Shown piece after piece: positions 1 to 9,320 of a stretch of 64,000 bases of DNA. Origin of the DNA: Halobacteriovoraceae bacterium (GTDB lineage Bacteria; Bdellovibrionota; Bacteriovoracia; Bacteriovoracales; Bacteriovoracaceae); the NCBI GenBank assembly GCA_963719505.1, contig CAVRCF010000001.1, positions 1,024,001 to 1,088,000 on the forward strand, read 5' to 3'. Positions within the stretch are counted from its first letter, which is position 1. Each line of letters opens with the position of its first letter. A model generated the notes under the pieces. The model was not told where the DNA came from. It did no database searches and was given only the letters and a program-made list of their open reading frames with translations. Position numbers and translations under genes: made by a program.

Positions 1-2
1 AG

Positions 3-920
3 AGAAAAATTGCGGAAGATGCAACTTTTGCCTCGAGAATTGAAACGGCTCCAGAGCAAGCTTGGGAAGAAATTAATAAAGCCGCTGAAAAAACATTTAG
101 TGAAAATAATATTTATTACAACCACGCAAAAAATGGCATTGAAAGAGTTGAGATTGGCTATGTCGATGAAGACTTTCTTGAAATGTTTGGTAAGGCATCA
201 TTTGACGACGTTGAAAAATTTAATTTCAAAATGAATCAGTGGTACGACGAACGTGTTGTTTGGAGAGGGCTTGCCTCAAAAGCCGTTGAAAAATCAGAAG
301 GAGAAATTCTTCAGATGTTTAAAGAATTAAATAAACATATGGCCTCAAATGCCGTTTTAAGAAATGCAGCGGATTCATCTCCTGACGCAATAAGAAAGGC
401 AGCCTTACAGGACTTCACAAAGTACAATGATGATATCTTTGGTGAGGGGCTTGTCAACATGGCCAGGGATCACAGCGAGACAGGACCGATGTATGGAATT
501 AGTTATGGTTACTCAACATCAAAAAATAGAGAAGTTGGAAAAGCATTTTCAATGGGGGCGATGGTTATTGCTGAATACGGAGCTCACAAAGCTCCAGAGC
601 TTCAAGCTCTTTTGAAATCGAGAATTCTCGTCGGCGCAAGAAAAGCGCATAAGGATGTTGATCTTGGAAGGTTAAAACAATTGAGACCTGAGTTTTCTTA
701 CAAATATGGAAGGCAGCAAGAGGTCATGGGAATAGGTGCAAGTGATCCAGATGCGATTTCAATTATTCAAAGAATAGATGCAGATGGTGGAGTTATTGAA
801 ACCTATCTTAGGAATCCTGAGCACCCTGAGCAGATTTGGCTGGTAAAAGGCGACATAAGACCTGGGGATACTCCTACAGCTGAAAATCTAATTAAGACAA
901 TCGATTTAAGAGCTAACTAA
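3..920 (+). CDS. 5'-truncated protein with C-terminal putative R-S-E class ADP-ribosyltransferase (cholera/pertussis toxin-like) domain
   Basis: Frame is open from position 3 into the 183..920 ORF. Motifs VWRG, RDH, GYSTS, QQEVMGIG and YLRNP occur in ART order. Confidence 0.6.
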   Translation, partial: RKIAEDATFASRIETAPEQAWEEINKAAEKTFSENNIYYNHAKNGIERVEIGYVDEDFLEMFGKASFDDVEKFNFKMNQWYDERVVWRGLASKAVEKSEGEILQMFKELNKHMASNAVLRNAADSSPDAIRKAALQDFTKYNDDIFGEGLVNMARDHSETGPMYGISYGYSTSKNREVGKAFSMGAMVIAEYGAHKAPELQALLKSRILVGARKAHKDVDLGRLKQLRPEFSYKYGRQQEVMGIGASDPDAISIIQRIDADGGVIETYLRNPEHPEQIWLVKGDIRPGDTPTAENLIKTIDLRAN

Positions 921-922
921 AT

Positions 923-1510
923 TTAAAAGATGGACCACATCACTTTCAACCTTGGAAGATAGATGTCTTGCGGAGTGAGAGCGTTGAATCCATCCTCGTA
1001 TTCGTGTTCGAAGTGATAGGCACCTATAATTAATGAAATAGAAGAATAGAGAAGAACTTGAATTTCTGATTTCGATAAACTTGAAGCATTGGAAATCGGA
1101 ATTGTGAGTTTATCCAGTTGATCTCGCACCAGCTTCTCTAAAAACTCTTTTTGACTCTCACTGAGAACATGCTTGATATCACTATGATAGAGAGAGCAGA
1201 GCTTCACATGGAGCTCGTTATTATAAAAGCTCTCAAAGAGCCTTGTCTCAAGCTTATAGGAATAGTCTTGTAAAAGTAATGCTTCATCAAACCAGTTCTT
1301 ATATTGCAAAATAAGAATTTCATAAAACAGGTCTTCTTTACTTTTAAAGTAAGTATAGAGGTTACCCTTTGTCATATTACTTAGCTTGGATATTTGGGAG
1401 GCATTTGGCATTCTTCCAGAATCACTCAAAAAAATTTCAATGGCCGTATCCATAATGAGGTTTCTTTTATTCTCTTTGTCTGAGGAATTTCTAGCTCTTG
1501 TCTGTCTCAT
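923..1510 (-). CDS. TetR/AcrR family transcriptional regulator
   Basis: N-terminal HTH 'IMDTAIEIF...ISKLSNMTKGNLYTYFKSKEDLF'. Confidence 0.9.
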   Translation of the reverse strand: MRQTRARNSSDKENKRNLIMDTAIEIFLSDSGRMPNASQISKLSNMTKGNLYTYFKSKEDLFYEILILQYKNWFDEALLLQDYSYKLETRLFESFYNNELHVKLCSLYHSDIKHVLSESQKEFLEKLVRDQLDKLTIPISNASSLSKSEIQVLLYSSISLIIGAYHFEHEYEDGFNALTPQDIYLPRLKVMWSIF

Positions 1511-1675
1511 TCTGACCTTAAGTAAATCGAGTTTAGTTAATTCTTATTTTAAGTTAACTTGGTTTAGTTAACAATAGAATTCTCATGATTTTAGTCAAAT
1601 TTTCTTATTAAATGACGATAGATAGGGTACAAAACCATATATTGAATACTAAATAAAATAACGAGGAGACTATAC

Positions 1676-3730
1676 GTGGCTATTATCGATCAGAAAGTAA
1701 AAGAGACCTATTCTTTGAAGAAAACTAAAAAAGCTCAAATCAAGAAGTGGTATGAACTCTTGGTTCTTGGACGCATGCTCGATGAAAGAGCTCCAAATTA
1801 CCTCAAGCAAGCTCTTGGTTGGTCTTACCACGCACCTTATGCTGGTCATGATGCTATTCAACTAGCCATTGGTCAGACTTTTGATAAGGATACTGATCAT
1901 CTGTTTCCATACTATAGAGATATGCTGACGGCCCTTTCTGCGGGAATGAGTGCCACAGAGATTATTTTAAACGGTCTATCAAAAGCAGATGATTTAGCAT
2001 CGGGCGGAAGGCACATGTCTAATCACTTTGCAAAACCAGAGTGGAATATTCACAACGTTTCAAGTTGTACAGGAAATCACACTCTTCATGCTGTCGGAGT
2101 TGCTCGTGGAATGAAAAGGTTCAACCATAAAGGTGTATCGATATCAAGTCAGGGAGAGTCTTCGACTTCTGAAGGTTACTTTTATGAAGCAATAAATGGA
2201 GCATCCAACGAGAAGCTTCCTGTCATTTTTGTTTTTCAAGATAACGGTTATGGTATTTCAGTTCCTAAAAAAGATCAGACAGCTAATGAGTTTGCAGCCG
2301 ATAACTTTTCAGGCTTTTAAAATCTTAGAATTATCCACTGTGATGGAAAAGATGTTTTTGACTCAATGAATGCCATGACGGAAGCAAAAAAACACGTTCT
2401 CGAAAAAGAAGAGCCAGTTATTGTTCACGCTCATTGTGTGAGAATTGGAAATCACTCTAACTCAGATAAGCACGAATGGTACAGAGATGAAGATGAAAGA
2501 GCTGAGGCTCTTGCTCAAGATCCTCTTCCAAAGTTTAAGGAAGATCTCTTAAAGGCGAAAATTTTCACTAAAAAAGAACTGGAAAAAATTGAAGCTGATT
2601 GTAAGTCTGAGTTAATGGATGCCCATAAAGCTGGTGTCAAAGCTCCTCATCCAACGGCGGATTCCATATGGGATTACGTCCTCGCTCCAGCTTATAAAGC
2701 AGAAAAATATCCTGATGGAACACATGATGAGTCAGGAGAGCCCATTAAATTTATAACGGCGCTAAATGAAACGTTAAAAGCAGAATTTAGACATAATGAG
2801 AAAACTTTTATTTGGGGGCAAGATATGGCCAACAAGGAAAAGGGTGGAATCTTTAATGTTTCAAAAGGAATGCAACAGGAATTTGGAATTGAAAGAGTCT
2901 TCAACGGTCCAATTGCTGAAGATTATATTCTTGGAACAGCGAATGGAATGAGTCGTTTTGATAAAGAGATCAGAATTGTTGTTGAAGGTGCTGAGTTTGC
3001 AGATTACTTTTGGCCTGCGATGGAGCAATTTGTTGAAACAACTCATGACTACTGGAGAAGTAATGGAGCCTTCTCTCCTAACGTAACAATCAGACTTGCC
3101 TCTGGTGGTTATATCGGTGGTGGACTTTATCACTCGCAAAACCTCGAAGGGTGTCTCACAACTTTTCCTGGTATCAGAGTAGTCGTTCCAGCCTTTGCTG
3201 ACGATGCTGCGGGACTTCTAAGAACCTGCATGAGAAGTGAAGGTCCAGCGATGTACCTAGAGCCAAAAGCTTTATACAACTCAAAGGATGCCATGACAGT
3301 TGTTCCTGACGACTTTGAAGTACCTTTTGGTGTCGCACGTGTTCGAGCAGAAGGAACTGACGCAACTATAATTACTTATGGAAATACAGTTCATCACTCT
3401 CTTCAAGTAGCACAGAAACTGAAAGAAGAGGGAATCTCTATTGAGGTTGTGGATTTAAGATCTCTTATTCCACTCGATACAGATGCGATTGTTAAATCTA
3501 TTAGTAAAACACATAGAGTTCTTGTGGCTCACGAAGATAAAGTTTTTGGTGGCTTTGGAGGAGAGATCGTTGCTCAAATCAATGAACTTTGTTTTGAACA
3601 ACTAGATGCACCAGTAAAAAGACTTGGGTCTACTTTTACTCCAGTTGGCTTTAATAGAATTCTTGAAAAAGAAACTCTTCCAAACGCTGACAAGGTAGAG
3701 GCTGCAATTAGAGATTTACTAGCTTATTAA
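1676..3730 (+). CDS. Fused 2-oxoacid (probably branched-chain) dehydrogenase E1 alpha/beta, interrupted by one in-frame TAA at 2318-2320
   Basis: TPP-binding motif GESSTSEG...QDNGYGIS, HSNSD, beta-subunit motifs FNGPIAE, HSQ, EVVDLRSL. ORFs 1676 and 2366 share a frame and the intervening codons read NLRIIHCDGKDVFDS. GTG start with AGGAG RBS. Confidence 0.85.
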
Positions 3731-3741
3731 AAAATAAAGTC

Positions 3742-3775
3742 GATTGCTTGCGCAGACTTGTTCTCGCAAGCAGTC
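3742..3775. terminator. Stem-loop downstream of the E1 gene
   Basis: GATTGCTTGCG...CGCAAGCAGTC inverted repeat with no U-tract. Confidence 0.4.
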
Positions 3776-4051
3776 ACTATAAACCTAGACTATACTTCAA
3801 ACTTTTCTCCGACAAAACTTCACAATACTCAGTATCTTGAAAGTCCAAGTAATCCTTCCAGTAAGCGGGCGGGATAGTTTTCTATCTCTAGATAATGGAT
3901 GGGGTATTTATTTTGTGTTTGGGTTCTCGTCTTTGCCTGCACATAATCCACAATTTTAGGGATTTGTTTTTTTGCAAGCTTGGTATTGACAAGAGAGTAA
4001 GACACATTTCTTTTTGCTGTGCGTGTGTAATCCAACTTCTTCAATTTGGGA

Positions 4052-5755
4052 CTAAATCTCGCACTCTAAAACAATAGGCATGTGATCAGAGAGAATATCT
4101 ATAAAATAACTATAGTAACTTGAATCTTCTAATTGTGATTCAAGAATTCTTGATTGAAAATAATCGACGTAGCGGTCGATTTCGGTCGTATCATCAACAA
4201 GACCGCGTACAGTATGCTCCGTTGAACCAACTCTAAACTTTCTACTTCCAATTCTTAAAATAGTCTCTTTGCCATTTTTAAAAGGAGTAACAAAGCGATC
4301 GATAAGTCTTTGGTACTTCGTTTCATTGTATAAATATTCATACTCAGAGACTCGTTCCGTTCTCACTTCATAGAGGCGTCTAACGTATCTTCCAATGGCA
4401 CCTTTATAAAAGCTTTCAACTTTTGCATTTGCTCTGCCATCACTATTGGTGCACTCAGATGTTTCTTTAGGATCTAGAATGAAGTGGTCAAAGTCGTTGG
4501 ACAAACCTTTTGTCTCTTCTCCATTAGAGTAATATCTTCCTCTTGAAAGAGATGTTTCGTTTTCAATGAAAAGTTCAAACCCTGGAGCGCTGTCTAGTAC
4601 GTATGGCCAAAACTGATTTGAAAACTTGAGATTTAAATCTCCCATATAAATTATATCTTGTTTCCCGAATCGTTTCTTATAGCGATCGATAAAATCTAAA
4701 GTCACTTTCACTTCAGCAAAGCGAGCATAGTTTGATGAGTTCAGTCCAGTGGTCATATCACTGTAATGATCGACTCCAAAAGCTTTAAGCATGATGTTTT
4801 CTCTATCAGCTCGACCATCTGGTGAAGAGTAAACCACGTGACTTGTTAGTAATGTAAAGTCAAAATCATTTGATTTAAAACTGGCCATGAAAGGTCTTCT
4901 TGAAAAGATATCACTTTTATCTTTACCCAGGGCATTCTTATCCATCTTAACAATACAGGCAAAGTTTAAATATTTTGCTTTGGGATCTAAGCTGTCACAG
5001 TATTCATTAAATACTGGCTTTACAATGTTTGCTTTGTAGAAGTAACCGACCAGTTCATGAACGTCTCTAGGCTTTGCAGCCTCACCTTGCGGTGTTAAGA
5101 CAAGGGCCCAGTTGCTTCCACCTTTTAGTTTATGAAGCTCATCTAAAATCTTTAAATAGCCGGGAGTTCTATAACTTAATTTTGCTTTTTCAATTTCTTC
5201 TAAATAAAAGGAAGCAAGCTTTGAAGCGACTTCAATTTCATCATTTAAAGACTTCAGACTTTTATTCCCTTTTTCTTTAGAAAGTTTTTTCTTTAAGTCG
5301 TCTACCTTTTCTTGGTAAAAGCGAACTTTCTCCGGGCCATAAACTTCAATAAATTTTACTAATGATGTATTTTGCTGAAGATCGCGACCAACGAGAGGAA
5401 GAAGCTCGGTCACACCGATGATATCCCACTTGTTCAGAAGACTTGCAATCTTTTGATAGTCCTTAAAACGGGTCTTTGAACTTCCAGGGTGAAGGACGTT
5501 AAATTCTGCAATTTTTAATTTTGATTTTGGCAAAAGTCTTTTGTTTGACTTCTTAAACTCGGAAGAATTGTAGTGGTGATAATTTTTTAGGCAGTCGACT
5601 TCATACTTCGAAGCAACAGCGTATTTTTTTACGTGCTCACATTCAAGTTTATAGTCTCGCCCTGATTTATCTTCACCTGCATAAACGACAACAAATGATG
5701 AATGTATTACTAAACAAAGCCAAACTGACATTGATTTTAATAAATTTACTCTCAT
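4052..5755 (-). CDS. Secreted endonuclease/exonuclease/phosphatase (DNase I-like) family protein
   Basis: Signal peptide; EEP motifs IAEFNV, GVTEL, TSHV, MGDLN, FDHF, SDHMPI. Confidence 0.85.
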   Translation of the reverse strand: MRVNLLKSMSVWLCLVIHSSFVVVYAGEDKSGRDYKLECEHVKKYAVASKYEVDCLKNYHHYNSSEFKKSNKRLLPKSKLKIAEFNVLHPGSSKTRFKDYQKIASLLNKWDIIGVTELLPLVGRDLQQNTSLVKFIEVYGPEKVRFYQEKVDDLKKKLSKEKGNKSLKSLNDEIEVASKLASFYLEEIEKAKLSYRTPGYLKILDELHKLKGGSNWALVLTPQGEAAKPRDVHELVGYFYKANIVKPVFNEYCDSLDPKAKYLNFACIVKMDKNALGKDKSDIFSRRPFMASFKSNDFDFTLLTSHVVYSSPDGRADRENIMLKAFGVDHYSDMTTGLNSSNYARFAEVKVTLDFIDRYKKRFGKQDIIYMGDLNLKFSNQFWPYVLDSAPGFELFIENETSLSRGRYYSNGEETKGLSNDFDHFILDPKETSECTNSDGRANAKVESFYKGAIGRYVRRLYEVRTERVSEYEYLYNETKYQRLIDRFVTPFKNGKETILRIGSRKFRVGSTEHTVRGLVDDTTEIDRYVDYFQSRILESQLEDSSYYSYFIDILSDHMPIVLECEI

Positions 5756-5832
5756 ATTCTCTCCGCTTTCGGATCATACTTAAATCGATCTAAGGCGATA
5801 AACAGTTTGTAAGTTTTACAAGTTTTAGTCAT

Positions 5833-6411
5833 TTACTCGCAGTCATTATCATAGGTTAGCGTGAGCTTAAGGCTTACATCACTCCATGTTTTGCCTTTGT
5901 GCAGCTCGTTACATTCTTTGTTAATAGACTCGAGGCTCTTCTCCATACCCCAATCCAAAATATCAATAACACCTTTGGCCGTAAACCTTTCGTCTTTATT
6001 GATAACATCTAATGAAATATCTCTTGAGAAGCTATTCATAATGAGTCGTACTTTCAATTTATTGTCTTTGTATTCTAAAGTCTTTCCCTTGATCATTGTT
6101 CCACCGATCATCTTAGAGAAAAAATACTTTACAAGCCTTGCATCTCTCATGGAATTACGACTCCAAACGGAGCGGCTATCGATATTAAACTCTAAGTCTT
6201 TAAAGATCTCACTGAGGTTGTCACCCTTGTATTCGTCTTTTAACCCCAGGTTTCTCAATGTCCCTTTTACGCCAGACTTCTCAGCGCCGGGATACTTGTA
6301 ACCTTCCCAGTGGAGTTCCATATCATCTCTATCAATCACGACGATACATTTTTCCTTAGAGTATCCTAACAAAGAGGATAAAATTAAAATCAGAAATACA
6401 AGCGACTTCAT
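5833..6411 (-). CDS. YceI-like periplasmic lipid/polyisoprenoid-binding protein
   Basis: Signal peptide; 'IDSRSVWSRNSMRDARLVKYFF' resembles the YceI RD motif; beta-rich. Confidence 0.75.
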   Translation of the reverse strand: MKSLVFLILILSSLLGYSKEKCIVVIDRDDMELHWEGYKYPGAEKSGVKGTLRNLGLKDEYKGDNLSEIFKDLEFNIDSRSVWSRNSMRDARLVKYFFSKMIGGTMIKGKTLEYKDNKLKVRLIMNSFSRDISLDVINKDERFTAKGVIDILDWGMEKSLESINKECNELHKGKTWSDVSLKLTLTYDNDCE

Positions 6412-6418
6412 AGACTTC

Positions 6419-6835
6419 CTAAATATTTAAATGTTCAAATTGGAGATGAGCATACCTTTTAATAAGCTCCTTTAAAACCTTAATATTCTTGGAATTGAGA
6501 GATTTATTGAAGAGGTAAATAAGTTTTCTTTCTTCACTTAGAAGAGACTTAGAGATCTCTATCTGGTTATAGACAGAGTTTAGATCTTCAGGTTTTTCTA
6601 TGACTTGATGAGACAAAAATAGAGGAGAGCCGAAACTTTCTGTGAGAAAGTAATTGGATCTATTGTTTTGATTTTCAATATTCTGAATAGATTTTGTAAG
6701 AAGCCCATTGGTGAGATAATTAAATTCGTACACTCCAGTGAGTGTTGACTTTAAAGGGGAGTCCGTTAGCCAAATGACTCCAGCTGTTTGGGGGCTAATA
6801 AGTTCAGAAAGAAGATCAATTGGACCTTTAGGCAT
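6419..6835 (-). CDS. Hypothetical protein
   Basis: ORF whose likely ATG (MPKGP) overlaps the nusB stop. Confidence 0.6.
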   Translation of the reverse strand: MPKGPIDLLSELISPQTAGVIWLTDSPLKSTLTGVYEFNYLTNGLLTKSIQNIENQNNRSNYFLTESFGSPLFLSHQVIEKPEDLNSVYNQIEISKSLLSEERKLIYLFNKSLNSKNIKVLKELIKRYAHLQFEHLNI

Positions 6836-7274
6836 TGATTTCATTCTTGGAGAGGTTGTCCAAAATTCCATTTACGAAAGGACCAGAGTCCACACTTCCA
6901 AATTTCTTAGAGATTTCGATAGCCTCGTTAATGACAATATTAACCGGAGTTGATTTATCATGGAGCATTTCATAGCTCGAAAGAAGTAGAATCGTGTGAT
7001 CAACTTTTGAAATTCTACTTAATTTCCAATTTTTTAAATATTTCTCAATAACAAGTTCTAGTTCTTTATAGTTTTTAAAGGTTCCAAGAATCAATTGGTT
7101 AGAGAAATCTGTTAAGTCCGAACTTAATAAAGTGTTTGTGCTTTCTTTGTAATCTTCAATAGAAGAAAGAATTTCTGCTTCACTAAGACCCGCTTTGAGT
7201 TCTTCAAAGACAGGGAGTTGAACATGGAAAAAATACTGAAAACAAAATTCGCGAGCTTCTCTTTTTTTATTCAT
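6828..7274 (-). CDS. nusB: Transcription antitermination factor NusB
   Basis: KREAREF, WKLSRI, INEAIEISKKFG, FVNGILD. Confidence 0.95.
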   Translation of the reverse strand: MNKKREAREFCFQYFFHVQLPVFEELKAGLSEAEILSSIEDYKESTNTLLSSDLTDFSNQLILGTFKNYKELELVIEKYLKNWKLSRISKVDHTILLLSSYEMLHDKSTPVNIVINEAIEISKKFGSVDSGPFVNGILDNLSKNEINA

Positions 7275-7286
7275 TTTGGCCTTAAC

Positions 7287-7763
7287 TTATTCGTATCTTA
7301 AACTGGAATTAAATGATTCTTCTTCATGCTGTAGGTCATGAACAAACTCTTCAACATCTTGAAAAGTTCTATATACAGAGGCAAACCTAATATAAGCTAC
7401 AGGATCAAGATTTCTTAGATAATGCATAAGAAGTTGGCCTATGTCTTTAGATTTGATTTCTTTATTTGAAATTTCAAGGATATTTTTTTCAATATTGTCG
7501 ACAACTCGTTCGATCTGTTCAGTAGAGATAGGTCTTTTTCCGCACGCTTTGCCAATGCTTTTTAGGATTTTCTCTTTTTGATAGGGTTCTCGTCGTCCAT
7601 CTAGTTTGACAACCACCGGCATTTGGATCTCGATGCTCTCATAGGTTGTGAATCTTCTCTCGCAAGCCTCGCATTTTCTACGACGGCGAACGGAAAGCCC
7701 CTCTTTGAGGAGTCTAGAATCGACAACTTTGGTTTCATTTGCTTCACAAAATGGACATCTCAT
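7287..7763 (-). CDS. nrdR: Transcriptional repressor NrdR
   Basis: MRCPFC...VVDSR...RRRRKCEACERRFTTYE, ATP cone, AYIRFASVY. Confidence 0.97.
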   Translation of the reverse strand: MRCPFCEANETKVVDSRLLKEGLSVRRRRKCEACERRFTTYESIEIQMPVVVKLDGRREPYQKEKILKSIGKACGKRPISTEQIERVVDNIEKNILEISNKEIKSKDIGQLLMHYLRNLDPVAYIRFASVYRTFQDVEEFVHDLQHEEESFNSSLRYE

Positions 7764-7884
7764 AAACTAATTCCTATCAAATTTGAGGGGAATTTACCTA
7801 ATCACTAAACCTCTGTCAAAGTAAGAGTAGGTCTATGTAAAGGTTTCTTTGGAGCACCGCGCATAAGTGGTATTAAGATTTATT

Positions 7885-7914
7885 TTGACGTTAAGTCTCG
7901 CTCATTGATAGGAT
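7885..7914 (+). promoter_or_regulatory. Putative sigma70 promoter for a small ORF
   Basis: TTGACG-N18-TAGGAT with an extended -10 TGn. Confidence 0.5.
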
Positions 7915-7944
7915 TTAGGTACACACAAACTTCGAGAGGTATTT

Positions 7945-8013
7945 ATGTTTTTTCTAAAACAATTAGTACTTGTTATTGCATTAGTGGTGCTTGTTCAGCA
8001 GGCATTTAGCTAA
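7945..8013 (+). CDS. 22-aa hydrophobic small protein MFFLKQLVLVIALVVLVQQAFS
   Basis: GAGGT RBS 4 nt before ATG, upstream promoter, terminator directly after the stop. Confidence 0.5.
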   Translation: MFFLKQLVLVIALVVLVQQAFS

Positions 8014-8046
8014 AAAAAAAGAGGACTCTTACGAGTCCTTTTTTTT
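8012..8046. terminator. Bidirectional intrinsic terminator
   Basis: A-run, AGGACTC-TTAC-GAGTCCT hairpin, T-run, between convergent ORFs. Confidence 0.85.
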
Positions 8047-8347
8047 ATTCACATGGCTCTTCGTTCACTACTTCAGTCTTAGCACATCCAGCTAGACACT
8101 TATTTCCATAAGTGTTTCCATCAGCACCGCAAACGGGCATATATTCTTTTGTACAAATACACATGTCGTTTTCCTCAGCAATTCCCGCTGGAGCCTCTTC
8201 CGTTGTTTCAGCATACTCATCTGACTCAGAGTCCATAGGTTTCATTTTAGTTGTTTCGACATTATCCTCTTTCATTTGTTCAGTCTTCTCTCCGAAACAA
8301 GAGACGGCCAATAAGGTCATTGCCATTAATAGTAGTAATTTCATCAT
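8045..8347 (-). CDS. Lipoprotein with Kazal-type serine protease inhibitor domain
   Basis: Lipobox LAVSC, acidic linker, CICTKEYMPVCGADGNTYGNKCLAGC; GGAG RBS before ATG 8347. Confidence 0.85.
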   Translation of the reverse strand: MMKLLLLMAMTLLAVSCFGEKTEQMKEDNVETTKMKPMDSESDEYAETTEEAPAGIAEENDMCICTKEYMPVCGADGNTYGNKCLAGCAKTEVVNEEPCE

Positions 8348-8468
8348 TTCTCCAAGTGACATTATAGTCATTATAAAATTTCAGTCTTAGAGAATTCTAA
8401 TAAATTAAAACCTCTTTTCAAAGCTTAAATAAAGGAAATCTGCTAGCATTGGGACAAAAAGGAAAAAT

Positions 8469-9320
8469 ATGATCTGGGAAAAAGTGAAAACCTATACGGA
8501 TATTACTTATGAAAAGCTTGAAGGGCACGGAATAGTTAAAATTGCTTTTAACAGGCCAGAGCTTAGAAATGCATTTCGTCCGCACACTGTGGATGAGTTA
8601 TATGCGGCTTTGAAAGATGCTAGTGAAAATCCAAAAGTCGGAGTTATAATCCTCACAGGTGAGGGACCTAGCCCAAAAGATGGTGGACATGCATTTTGCT
8701 CCGGTGGAGATCAATCCGTTAGAGGCAAGAATGGATATGAAGACGCTCAGGGCGAAAGTGGGTTTGGAAAGCTCCATATCTTGGAGTGCCAAAGACTTAT
8801 TCGTTTTATGCCTAAAGTCGTTATATGTGCTGTCAATGGTTGGACCGCTGGTGGAGGACATTCGTTACATGTTGTCTGCGATTTAACTTTGGCTTCTTTA
8901 GAGTTTGGAATGTTTAAACAAACAGACGCAGATGTTGCAAGTTTTGATGGCGGTTATGGTTCGGCTTTACTTGCAAAACAAGTTGGCCAAAAAAGAGCAA
9001 GAGAAATTTTCTTTCTAGGAAAAGCTTATACCGCTCAAGAGGCTTATGAGATGGGAATGGTCAATGCTGTCGTTCATCATGATAAGCTGATAGAGGAATG
9101 TGTGGATTGGGGAAAAGAGATCCTAACCAAGTCACCGACAGCAATAAAGATGCTAAAGTACAGCTTTAACTTGCTTGATGATGGACTTGTAGGGCAACAG
9201 CTCTTTGCCGGAGAAGCGACAAGGATGCTTTATGGTTCAGAAGAAGCTTGGGAGGGGAAGAATGCATTTCTTGAAAAGAGAAAAAGAGACTTCTCTAAAT
9301 TTCCTTGGAATTATAAATAG
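8469..9320 (+). CDS. menB: 1,4-dihydroxy-2-naphthoyl-CoA synthase
   Basis: RNAFRP, FCSGGDQ, GGGHSLHVVCDLT, SFDGGYGS. Confidence 0.95.
   Translation: MIWEKVKTYTDITYEKLEGHGIVKIAFNRPELRNAFRPHTVDELYAALKDASENPKVGVIILTGEGPSPKDGGHAFCSGGDQSVRGKNGYEDAQGESGFGKLHILECQRLIRFMPKVVICAVNGWTAGGGHSLHVVCDLTLASLEFGMFKQTDADVASFDGGYGSALLAKQVGQKRAREIFFLGKAYTAQEAYEMGMVNAVVHHDKLIEECVDWGKEILTKSPTAIKMLKYSFNLLDDGLVGQQLFAGEATRMLYGSEEAWEGKNAFLEKRKRDFSKFPWNYK

Noticed and set aside
10-234. 74-aa ORF at the window start
   Set aside because: Shadow of the longer open frame 3..920.
1595-1621. Sigma28-like TCAA-N15-GACGATAG upstream of E1, with similar weak matches before the EEP and CheB-CheR genes
   Set aside because: Too degenerate to distinguish from chance in AT-rich DNA.
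2318-2320. Alternative genetic code (TAA reassignment)
   Set aside because: TAA ends many genes normally in this window.
3940-3955. DnaA-box-like TAATCCACA suggesting oriC
   Set aside because: Single imperfect box, no cluster and no origin-linked genes.
3829-4044. 71-aa minus-strand ORF and overlapping 60-aa plus-strand ORF
   Set aside because: No RBS or recognisable motif.
7856-7883. dif/XerCD-like sequence ACCGCGCATAA-GTGGTA-TTAAGATTTAT
   Set aside because: The XerC arm is 8/11 to E. coli dif, but the normally best-conserved XerD arm is only 7/11; no supporting context.
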